Shown here: positions 7,658 through 15,076 of the stretch, one piece after another | Layout: each line of letters starts with the position of its first letter | Numbering within the stretch: position 1 is the stretch's first letter | Source of the DNA: Microcoleaceae cyanobacterium | Lineage (GTDB): Bacteria > Cyanobacteriota > Cyanobacteriia > Cyanobacteriales > Microcoleaceae | DNA: 15,076 nucleotides | Reading direction: 5' to 3' | Assembly: GCA_051652765.1 (NCBI GenBank) | Contig: JBOFUV010000091.1 | Span: 1-15,076 of the forward strand | Translations under genes and position numbers: made by a program | The notes under the pieces: model-generated | What the model was told of the DNA's origin: nothing | What the model saw: the letters and a program-made list of their open reading frames with translations, nothing else | Database searches by the model: none

Positions 7658-8326
7658 TTACTGAGTTGGCTGCGTCGAAGACGTAGACTGCCCGTCTGGG
7701 GTATTACGCGGAAAGGAATCAGTCACAAACCCCAACTCCATAAGCTGCTGGTAAGCCTTCTGGCCTAAATCACGGGTTGGAGCTTGGGAACGAATCACTT
7801 GAATCAACAAGGGAACTGCAAGTTCAGGCTTATTCTGAGCCCTATGGACTAGGGCCAACTGATAGGTCGCAGTATCTCGCATCTGAGCACTTTCTCGGGC
7901 TTGGTCGCGATGCTGGTCTGCAATCCGATTATCAACTCCAGAGAAACTGGATGCAAGTTGCTGATAAAAGTTGGAAAGCTGGTTGAAAACTTGACGAGCT
8001 TCCTGTAACTTGGTGGCGGCCTCTGTATAGTTCTCAGTCGCAACGGCACTGCTCGCTTCCTCAACCAGACGGTTTCCACCCTGAATACTGAGAAAGCTAC
8101 TGTCCAACCCGAGGGGACGCAGCTCTCCTGGCAAAACAGGCTGGACTCCTTCTTGGGGAGAACTGCCAGGGGCCAAAGGGTCAGAACCGTCCAGGGTTGC
8201 AGGATCAACAGGTTGCGGGATCTCTTGAGCCTGAACTGCTATTGGGAAACTGCTTCCCAGGGCAATAAACAAGCCACCCAACACGGTTGACAACCAGAAA
8301 CGAGGAACAGATGCAGAGGAATCCAT
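7658..8326 (-). CDS. Secreted helical (TPR-like) hypothetical protein
   Basis: Likely start MDSSAS at 8326; hydrophobic signal ending AVQA|Q; Pro-rich linker; helical body with TPR-like ATYQLALVHRAQNKPELAVPLL. Confidence 0.75.
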   Translation of the reverse strand: MDSSASVPRFWLSTVLGGLFIALGSSFPIAVQAQEIPQPVDPATLDGSDPLAPGSSPQEGVQPVLPGELRPLGLDSSFLSIQGGNRLVEEASSAVATENYTEAATKLQEARQVFNQLSNFYQQLASSFSGVDNRIADQHRDQARESAQMRDTATYQLALVHRAQNKPELAVPLLIQVIRSQAPTRDLGQKAYQQLMELGFVTDSFPRNTPDGQSTSSTQPTQ

Positions 8327-8448
8327 AATTGATTCAGGGCGATCGCGTAATGGAAAAAATTGAGTTTCGTAGATTTTATCATTTCTCAGTCCATTTATGG
8401 AGTGAGAATAGAGCCGCAGCCAAAACACCCTGTTTCAGAGGGAATACC

Positions 8449-8492
8449 AGGAACTAGGAACTTTTCAACCTTGTCTAATCAACCTTGTCTAA
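8449..8492. repeat. Tandem duplications in the divergent promoter upstream of dnaB
   Basis: AGGAACT x2 (8449-8462) and TCAACCTTGTCTAA x2 (8465-8478, 8479-8492). Confidence 0.9.
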
Positions 8493-8543
8493 GATAAGCT
8501 ATGCTGCTTTAGCAATTCCGTAGTGTTAGTATAACTGTCAATT

Positions 8544-9953
8544 ATGGCTGATACTGCCAACCTAAAGCCGTCCCAGTTTAATCTCGAAGATTGTCTTCCC
8601 CCCCAAAATATTGAGGCAGAAGCAGCAATTTTAGGGGGGATTTTGCTCGACCCGGAAGCGATCGGTCGAGTGACTGAATTCCTCAAGCCAGACTGTTTTT
8701 CCCTGCAAGTTCATCAGATCGTTTATCGAGCAACCTTGGCGCTACATTTGCAAGGAAAACCAACGGATTTAATGACAGTTGCCACTTGGCTGGCGGATCA
8801 CAATCAACTAGAAGCCATTGGCGGACAACCCAAGTTGGCTCAATTGGTAAATCAAACCGTTTCTGCGGTGAATATTGACCAGTATGCTCTGCTGGTTTTA
8901 GAAAAGTATTGTCGCCGGGAAATCATTCATGCAGGCCATGATGTAGTCGGTTTGGCCTATGACACAACGTTGCTGCTAGAAGACGTTTTTAATCAAGCTG
9001 AAGCACGCATCTTTGAAATTACTCAAACCCGACCGCAAGATGGACTGATTTCAATTGCTGAAACGTTAATTAATACTTTTCAAGACATTGAAGATCGTAG
9101 TGAAGGGGCGACTCTCCCTGGAATTCCCTGTGGTTTTTATGATTTGGATGCTATGACAGGAGGATTCCAACGCTCAGACTTAATTATTGTTGCGGGAAGA
9201 CCCTCAATGGGAAAAACCAGTTTTTCAGTCAGTATTGGTCATCAAATCGCCAAAACTCAGCAGCTTCCTGTAGCAATTTTTAGCTTGGAAATGTCTAAGG
9301 AACAATTGGTTCAGCGCCTGCTTTCTAGTGAGGCCCAAATTGAGAGCAATAGGCTGCGGGCAGGTCGAATTAGCCAAGCCGAATGGGAGCCCTTAACCAT
9401 TGCTATTAGTGCCCTCTCGGAGTTACCTATTTTTATTGATGATACGGCGAATCTGACCGTCTCAGAAATCTGCTCTAAAGTTCGACGCTTACAAGCCGAA
9501 CAAGGTGGAAATATTGGCCTAGTTTTGATTGATTACTTGCAACTTATGGAGGGAGGAACGGACAATCGAGTTCAGGAATTGGCTCGAATTACGCGATCGC
9601 TCAAAGCCATGGCCCGTGAATTGAATGTTCCTGTTATAGCCCTGTCTCAGTTGAGCCGCAGCGTTGAATCTCGAACGAATAAACGTCCGATGATGTCGGA
9701 TTTGAGGGAAAGCGGATCGATTGAGCAAGACGCAGATTTGGTGATCATGTTGTATCGAGATGATTATTACAATCCGGACACTCCCGATCGGGGGATTTCA
9801 GAAATTATTATTGCTAAGCATCGGAATGGGCCTACTGGAACAGTCAAGCTATTGTTTGATCCACAATTTACTCGATTTCGAAATTTGGCTGCCTCTGAAC
9901 ACTATTCGTTCCCAACGACTCCAGGGGCTAACCAGCTTCCCCCGGCCCCATAA
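8544..9953 (+). CDS. dnaB: Replicative DNA helicase DnaB, intein-free
   Basis: PPQNIEAEAAILGG, Walker A GRPSMGKT, FSLEMS, Walker B IDYLQL, LSQLSR, SDLRESGSIEQDAD, KHRNGPTG. Confidence 0.98.
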   Translation: MADTANLKPSQFNLEDCLPPQNIEAEAAILGGILLDPEAIGRVTEFLKPDCFSLQVHQIVYRATLALHLQGKPTDLMTVATWLADHNQLEAIGGQPKLAQLVNQTVSAVNIDQYALLVLEKYCRREIIHAGHDVVGLAYDTTLLLEDVFNQAEARIFEITQTRPQDGLISIAETLINTFQDIEDRSEGATLPGIPCGFYDLDAMTGGFQRSDLIIVAGRPSMGKTSFSVSIGHQIAKTQQLPVAIFSLEMSKEQLVQRLLSSEAQIESNRLRAGRISQAEWEPLTIAISALSELPIFIDDTANLTVSEICSKVRRLQAEQGGNIGLVLIDYLQLMEGGTDNRVQELARITRSLKAMARELNVPVIALSQLSRSVESRTNKRPMMSDLRESGSIEQDADLVIMLYRDDYYNPDTPDRGISEIIIAKHRNGPTGTVKLLFDPQFTRFRNLAASEHYSFPTTPGANQLPPAP

Positions 9954-9968
9954 CTTTCTGTCTTGCGG

Positions 9969-9998
9969 TTGATCTACATGCAATTGATCTACATGCAA
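9969..9998. repeat. 15-bp perfect tandem duplication
   Basis: TTGATCTACATGCAA x2 (9969-9983, 9984-9998). Confidence 0.92.
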
Positions 9999-10076
9999 GA
10001 GGTCACCTCATCCCTATGCCTGAACTTCAGGGGATTGCCCTGTCCAACGTCCGATGATATGCTGCAAATGCCTTGA

Positions 10077-10961
10077 ATGCTTCTGTTTAAGATGTTAAGA
10101 ACACTCATATTTCCTGTTGTTGGCCTGTGGTTTGCCCTGGGATTTGCTGATCCTGCCCATGCTGAACTTGCTCTAGAAAGAATTAAACGAACTGGGGTGC
10201 TGACCGCAGGGGTGCGAACCGATGCGGTTCCATTTGGTTACTTAGATTCAGACAACCGCATTCAGGGTTACTCGGTGGACTTAATTAAGTTGGTTCAGCG
10301 CCAACTAGAACAAGAATTGAATCGGCCTATCCAGTTAAAGCTAGCAGTAGTTACCCTAGAGGATCGGTTTCAGCAGGTTCAAGATAGCAAGGTTGATTTG
10401 GTCTGCGAAGTCACCAGCATTACTCCAGAGCGGGAACGTGCCGTCGATTTCTCCATTCCCTTTTTCACTTCAGGAATTCAATTGTTGGTGCGGCAAGAGG
10501 ATGCCCTGCGACTCGACCCAACTCAAATTTCTGAGGAAGAATTGCAGCAGGCTCGACCCAGTCAAGTTGCCATTGGCTTTTTACAAGGCACAACAACTGA
10601 TACAGAGTTTCGTGCCGTCTATCCAAGAGCTAATTGGCAAGCGTTAACTAGTCGGGCCGAGGGAGTAGATCGCCTCAAGGAAAGAACGTTGGATGCGATC
10701 GCCAGCGACGGAATTCTCCTGCTGGGAGCACTCTGGCAAGAGAAAACACCTTTTGACCAGTTTCGCTTGGTTCCAGAGGAGCCCCTAAGCTTTGAAAACT
10801 ATGGCTGTATTCTTCCCCAGGGCGATCGCCCTTGGAGTGAAGTCGTGAATCAAGTCATCACCAGTGCAGAAAATATTCAACTCTGGCAACAGTGGTTCGA
10901 TCAAGAGACTGGACAATTTCCCTACGAACGGTTTAACTCGTCCCTCAATTCCCCCAAATAG
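10077..10961 (+). CDS. Polar amino-acid ABC transporter substrate-binding protein (family 3)
   Basis: Signal peptide AHA|E; LERIKRTGVLTAGVRTDAVPFGY, GYSVDL, VDLVC..TSITPER..VDFSIPFF, GTTT, DAIASD. Start 10077 or 10092. Confidence 0.88.
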   Translation: MLLFKMLRTLIFPVVGLWFALGFADPAHAELALERIKRTGVLTAGVRTDAVPFGYLDSDNRIQGYSVDLIKLVQRQLEQELNRPIQLKLAVVTLEDRFQQVQDSKVDLVCEVTSITPERERAVDFSIPFFTSGIQLLVRQEDALRLDPTQISEEELQQARPSQVAIGFLQGTTTDTEFRAVYPRANWQALTSRAEGVDRLKERTLDAIASDGILLLGALWQEKTPFDQFRLVPEEPLSFENYGCILPQGDRPWSEVVNQVITSAENIQLWQQWFDQETGQFPYERFNSSLNSPK

Positions 10962-11074
10962 CATCAAGCTTGCGGTTTGGCAGGCAGATCCCTCAGCAAA
11001 AGCCAGAAAAAACCAGCGCACAATTCACTTCGAATGGTCTAAGATGACAACATCAGAATTTTATGGTTTTAGCT

Positions 11075-11845
11075 ATGAAACTTAGAGTTCCTTCCCTTGT
11101 GATCTTGGGGCTTGCTACTTTGGTGATGCCTGCTCAGGCTGAGAACTTGGCTCATACTCAGCAGCTCTTGGCAACTAAGCAGTGTCCCAATTGTGATTTG
11201 ACCCGTGTGGGTTTGGTGCTGGCAAATTTGAGTGGGGCAAATCTTCAAGGGGCAAATCTGGCAGGAGCAAACTTAAGTCGAGCTGACCTGAGCGGAGCCG
11301 ATCTGAGCGGTGCAAATCTGACGGGTGCTAGTTTGTATGGCGCGAATCTCATGGGTGCGAACCTGACAGGAACAACCCTGAGTGGTGCGGATCTGCGAGG
11401 AGCTTACCTGGGCAACGCCATTGTTACAGATACAAAAGTAACAGAGGCTCAACTCACTGGAGTGATTGCCCTACCGGGGAGCACAGGGACAGCAGAAGAT
11501 TTTTATCGGTTAGGGGTTCAAGAAGCCAAGGCTGGTAACTACGTAAATGCCATTGATCACTATACTCAAGCCCTGCGTCTTGATTCGGACTTGGCGGCGG
11601 CCTACTTTGCTCGTAGTATGGCTCGGGCAGACTTAGGAGATTTGGTCGGGGCAATGTCTGATGCCACCTCTGCCAAGGATCTTTATGTCAAGCTAAAAAG
11701 CACCGAAGGCGAACAAATCTCTGAGCGATTGGTTCAGACCTTGGACGCGAAACTAAATCCCGAAAAGGAAGACGAACCAAGTGGAGGCGGTTTTTTAGGG
11801 ATTATTCAAGGGGTTGCACCACTGTTGCTTAGACTTCTATTCTAA
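11075..11845 (+). CDS. Secreted pentapeptide-repeat protein with C-terminal TPRs
   Basis: Signal AQA|E; QLLATKQCPNCDL cap; ANLxG/ADLSG repeats; TPRs AEDFYRLG..GNYVNAIDHYTQALRLD and AAYFARSMARADLGD. Start 11075 or 11063. Confidence 0.9.
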   Translation: MKLRVPSLVILGLATLVMPAQAENLAHTQQLLATKQCPNCDLTRVGLVLANLSGANLQGANLAGANLSRADLSGADLSGANLTGASLYGANLMGANLTGTTLSGADLRGAYLGNAIVTDTKVTEAQLTGVIALPGSTGTAEDFYRLGVQEAKAGNYVNAIDHYTQALRLDSDLAAAYFARSMARADLGDLVGAMSDATSAKDLYVKLKSTEGEQISERLVQTLDAKLNPEKEDEPSGGGFLGIIQGVAPLLLRLLF

Positions 11846-11857
11846 TTTGCTGCATTC

Positions 11858-11893
11858 CTCGTTGAGCCGCTCGTTCAGATCGCTCGTTGAGAT
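11858..11893. repeat. Imperfect 13-bp direct repeats
   Basis: CTCGTTGAG (11858-11866), CGCTCGTTCAGAT (11868-11880), CGCTCGTTGAGAT (11881-11893). Confidence 0.75.
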
Positions 11894-11954
11894 AATTGTC
11901 TGGCTGGTGCGCCTTAAATGCTGACTGTATTGACCAAGCAAGGAACTAGATGGA

Positions 11955-13781
11955 ATGGGAAATCAGCAAAAGCGATCCTTTTGGGATTTTGTCACCCAAA
12001 AAGCTTCAGGAATTCGTCAATCAGTTCATCAAAACGCTTCAGAAACTGGCAAGACAGTGGTTGGAAAAGCAACAGAGGTCGCAATCCACCGGGTTGTTCA
12101 AGTGGGAGAGGCGATCGCTCAAGGCGCTTCTGAAACGAAAAGACGAGTGCAGGACAAGGCCAATGAAGTGCAAGAATCCATCGGCCAAGCGGCTTCGGAG
12201 GTGAGTAAGAGTGTTGTAGAAACTGTTGTAGAAACGACGGTTAGTTCGGTTGAATCGGTTAGTCAGAAGGCCCAGATCTGGGTTGAAGCGATTCATCTGG
12301 ATCAGCCGCCTCCAGGGAGTTCTGTTGCTGTTTCAGACTGGAGCTTGGATGAACTGTATCATATTTTCATGAGTCCCCAAGTTACAGTTTACGGCGGGAC
12401 ACAGATGGTGACGCTGAAGACCGGAAAAAGCTATCAGGTTAAAATCCCACCCGACCGGACAGAAGGCTCAAATTTACAACTTCGAGGTTGTGGACTCCAG
12501 AGAGATGATGCCTTTGTTGTGCTTCATACCTTATTCAACACTTCCCTCAATATCGATCGCCGGGTGAACCACTTAGTTGCCCAAGCTCCAATTTATGATC
12601 GCACCAAAGTTCGGTGTCTAGAAGCCTACAGTCGAATTGGTGAGGCTCTCCCTACTGATGATTTTGCCGCCCTAGACCTCCTAGACTATCTGGTCAATTC
12701 TTCTAAACTCTATGCCGAAATTGGTCAGCGATACACGATTGCTAGCCAGAATTCTCGTCTTGTCGGTTTGGAAACCTGCCTGGAATCAGCCCTATCTGCA
12801 TCCAGTTTGAACAAGTCAGAAAAGCATCTCCTGAGAGCAACCTATCAGTATCTACGAGCTGGAGAAGCAGTGCCTAACCTAGAAGTTTTGGCTCAGCTAG
12901 ATACTATTATGCTCAATTCTTCCCTCAAACCCGCCCTGAAACAATGCTATTGGATGGCCACAGCAACGACTTGGGTGATTACCACTGATCTTGTCCTAGT
13001 GTATTGCCTGCATCAGAGTCCTACCCTGTCAGAATCAGATCGACCTAAACTCCTCTCCACTTACCTAAAGTGGCGCGACAATCCAACGGCGATCGCAGAT
13101 GTAGAATGTCTCAAGGCTTTGGATAGCTGGATTGCTCAAGCTGGGCTGCCGAGGTTGTGTCAAACCCTGTATCACCTCGTGCGGGAATTTAATCCTGTTG
13201 CTAACTTTGACGTTGAACAAGAAGCCTTAGGGGAAACCTTCAGGCGCATGAAGTCGATGATGCAGGCCGTTGTCTGTTCTACAACGACCCCCCCGCTTGA
13301 GATGCCGCCGATTCATACGATTAACTTTGCTGCTGGAAGTCTCACCGAGAAAGTCTATAGCGCCGTCTGCCGAGGAGGGTTGGGACTGTTAGGAAAACCT
13401 GAACCTCTCCAAGATGCCAATCACTGGGTCAGTGTCGCAATGTCCTTAGTGGTTGCTCAGGTTGCTGAAATGGAGCCTGAAATCAAGGTCAGGTTGGGGA
13501 TTCCTGCTGTGAGTTCAGGAATGGCAACTCGAGCCATGGGTGCGAATTGGCAGGCTGTCGGTTCCTTCGAGGTCACTGAATCTGGGATCAGTCAGCTTTC
13601 AGGGATTGTGGCTTACCGAGCGATGATGTTGGAGCTGAGAAATACAACTGAGTTGGCTCAAGCCTATTCTTCAACTGCGAACTTTAATACTTTCAACACC
13701 CTGAGTGTCTGGAGGTTGTTGACTCGGAACCAGGACAAGCAACGCATTATTAAGGATTTAGAATCCTTAATGTATAGCTAG
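11955..13781 (+). CDS. 608-aa multidomain hypothetical protein (amphipathic N-terminus, DnaJ-C-like module, three helical repeats)
   Basis: Long uninterrupted ORF filling the gap between neighbours, with internal protein-level repeat structure; see findings. Confidence 0.85.
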   Translation: MGNQQKRSFWDFVTQKASGIRQSVHQNASETGKTVVGKATEVAIHRVVQVGEAIAQGASETKRRVQDKANEVQESIGQAASEVSKSVVETVVETTVSSVESVSQKAQIWVEAIHLDQPPPGSSVAVSDWSLDELYHIFMSPQVTVYGGTQMVTLKTGKSYQVKIPPDRTEGSNLQLRGCGLQRDDAFVVLHTLFNTSLNIDRRVNHLVAQAPIYDRTKVRCLEAYSRIGEALPTDDFAALDLLDYLVNSSKLYAEIGQRYTIASQNSRLVGLETCLESALSASSLNKSEKHLLRATYQYLRAGEAVPNLEVLAQLDTIMLNSSLKPALKQCYWMATATTWVITTDLVLVYCLHQSPTLSESDRPKLLSTYLKWRDNPTAIADVECLKALDSWIAQAGLPRLCQTLYHLVREFNPVANFDVEQEALGETFRRMKSMMQAVVCSTTTPPLEMPPIHTINFAAGSLTEKVYSAVCRGGLGLLGKPEPLQDANHWVSVAMSLVVAQVAEMEPEIKVRLGIPAVSSGMATRAMGANWQAVGSFEVTESGISQLSGIVAYRAMMLELRNTTELAQAYSSTANFNTFNTLSVWRLLTRNQDKQRIIKDLESLMYS

Positions 13782-13936
13782 GAGTTTCTGTTGACCAAGC
13801 CTGCTCTGATCCGGTTAGGTTGGTTCAATCATCAATTCCAAAAAAATCAAAAAGAGGTTTAGAAACCTGACTCTGGACAAACTCAAGTAATCTTCAATCT
13901 GCCAGTTAGTAGTCCAAATATCTGCTAGTAACGGGC

Positions 13937-15076
13937 TTAATATCGCCATCCTAACCAACGCAAAATAGGGACGATGAGATAATGGCTCACACCCAGGCAT
14001 AACCCAATTGCAGATCCTAAAATTCCTGTAAACGCCAAACTCAACCAGAACGTTTCCCATTCCAGGGGACTGCTCACCATTGGAAACCGGAGTGCAACTT
14101 CAGGAAAACTGCTATCCAACCCCAAACCCCAGAAGATCCCTGCAACTCCCACAGCAGTGATGAAGACGTAAACAGCCTGATGACTGGGAAAATCCAAGCC
14201 CAAAGTGACCAGTGCTGCGGCCAATCCCAGGCTTAAGTTGCCCAGTCGGGAGAATTCTGGGAACCCCGAATTCTCCCCAACGATCAGCGCAAGTTTGGCT
14301 GTAACACTCCCAATCCCATATCCCAGGGTTCCTAGGACTGCCGCAAAACCATAGCGACGATCTTGATTGAACCCCCCGGCATCCGTCAGCCCCACTGCAG
14401 TTCCCAAGCCTGCTAATCCAGAAACCAAGATCCCCGATCCCAATTGACTAACAAACCCCTCAGAACTTCTGAATGTCCACCCCGAGAATTGTTCAGTGAC
14501 AGCCTGAGCAATGCTTTCGTCCAAAGGAGTGAAGTAGATCAGCATCAGCCCCGATGTCGCACCAATCACTCCCCCAATCCCCCCCAATCCCATCTCCCAA
14601 ATGGTTTCCAAGGTTGCTTTCAATAGGCTCAGACTCAGTCTTCCCGTCCATCCACTCAGCGCTGTCAACCCATAATCCAGTTGAATCAGGCCAGTTTTGA
14701 TCACGTCCCAACTCAATTCCAGGACAGACATGTGGCGGCGAGGATATCGATTTTGGCGCACGATGTGAAACAAAATCGTCTGAATTTCGAGGGCAGTTTG
14801 GGGGCGCAGGGCATTTTCAAACCGCACCATCTGATCTAACAAATGGGCAAATCGGGGGCTGACCGTGACGCGATCGCGCCACACCAGTTCCGCTGTAGTG
14901 GTCTCTTCCAAATCCCCTGGAAATACCCCTGTGAGCAAGTGAATGCAAGTACGACCCAAAGCATAGAAATCAGTCGCCGGATTCACCCTGGCTCCGACGA
15001 TTTGTTCAGGGGGGCTGTAACCCGGAGAAACTAATCGAGTAGAGCTGCGGGGACTTTCGGGGTGTTCTGGCTCACC
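13937..15076 (-). CDS. Hanks-type Ser/Thr protein kinase with C-terminal multi-pass membrane domain, 5'-truncated by window edge
   Basis: Frame stays open past 14986 to the edge: STRLVSPGYSPPEQ (subdomain VIII), TDFYALGRT (IX), LLDQMV..RPQTA (XI), then several Gly-rich hydrophobic helices. Confidence 0.9.
   Translation of the reverse strand, partial: GEPEHPESPRSSTRLVSPGYSPPEQIVGARVNPATDFYALGRTCIHLLTGVFPGDLEETTTAELVWRDRVTVSPRFAHLLDQMVRFENALRPQTALEIQTILFHIVRQNRYPRRHMSVLELSWDVIKTGLIQLDYGLTALSGWTGRLSLSLLKATLETIWEMGLGGIGGVIGATSGLMLIYFTPLDESIAQAVTEQFSGWTFRSSEGFVSQLGSGILVSGLAGLGTAVGLTDAGGFNQDRRYGFAAVLGTLGYGIGSVTAKLALIVGENSGFPEFSRLGNLSLGLAAALVTLGLDFPSHQAVYVFITAVGVAGIFWGLGLDSSFPEVALRFPMVSSPLEWETFWLSLAFTGILGSAIGLCLGVSHYLIVPILRWLGWRY

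Larger units (their letters stand above)
179..14877. repeat. HIP1 (GCGATCGC) dispersed palindrome, 14 copies
   Basis: Copies start at 179, 1395, 2245, 3696, 4585, 5108, 5847, 8339, 9593, 10695, 10822, 12111, 13089, 14870 (counted by eye); fewer than one expected by chance. Confidence 0.93.

Noticed and set aside
8465..9998. dnaB as a mobile cassette bounded by repeats
   Set aside because: Left and right repeats are unrelated in sequence, so they are not a target-site duplication; no recombinase present.
11918..12296. Three short alternative-frame ORFs at the start of the 608-aa gene
   Set aside because: The main frame is uninterrupted, so no frameshift is needed; explained by low-complexity sequence.
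13815..14060. 81-aa ORF overlapping the kinase 3' end
   Set aside because: Half overlaps the kinase out of frame and runs through AT-rich intergenic sequence; no supporting features.

Overview
Chromosomal window from a cyanobacterium (14 HIP1 octamers GCGATCGC, pentapeptide-repeat proteins, cyanobacterial-type HU and FutA). It is mostly housekeeping: the 3' end of futA/idiA, a small membrane protein, an alpha/beta hydrolase, a stand-alone RibD-C reductase, a pentapeptide lipoprotein, hup-cobD followed by a flavoprotein-disulfide-reductase homologue, a secreted helical protein-bolA-grxD run, intein-free dnaB, an orphan amino-acid-binding protein, a pentapeptide+TPR protein, a 608-aa unknown protein and the 3' part of a membrane Ser/Thr kinase. 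I see no rRNA, tRNA, CRISPR array, transposase or integrase. Best leads: (i) the 608-aa protein, with an amphipathic N-terminus, an isolated DnaJ-C-like module without a J domain, and three ~72-aa helical repeats I cannot assign to a named family; (ii) the reductase homologue, which has lost essentially all catalytic motifs; (iii) a 53-aa membrane protein next to futA with a Fur-like box upstream; (iv) a hairpin-rich hup leader; (v) short tandem duplications in many intergenic gaps. All calls come from motif recognition by eye; no searches were run.
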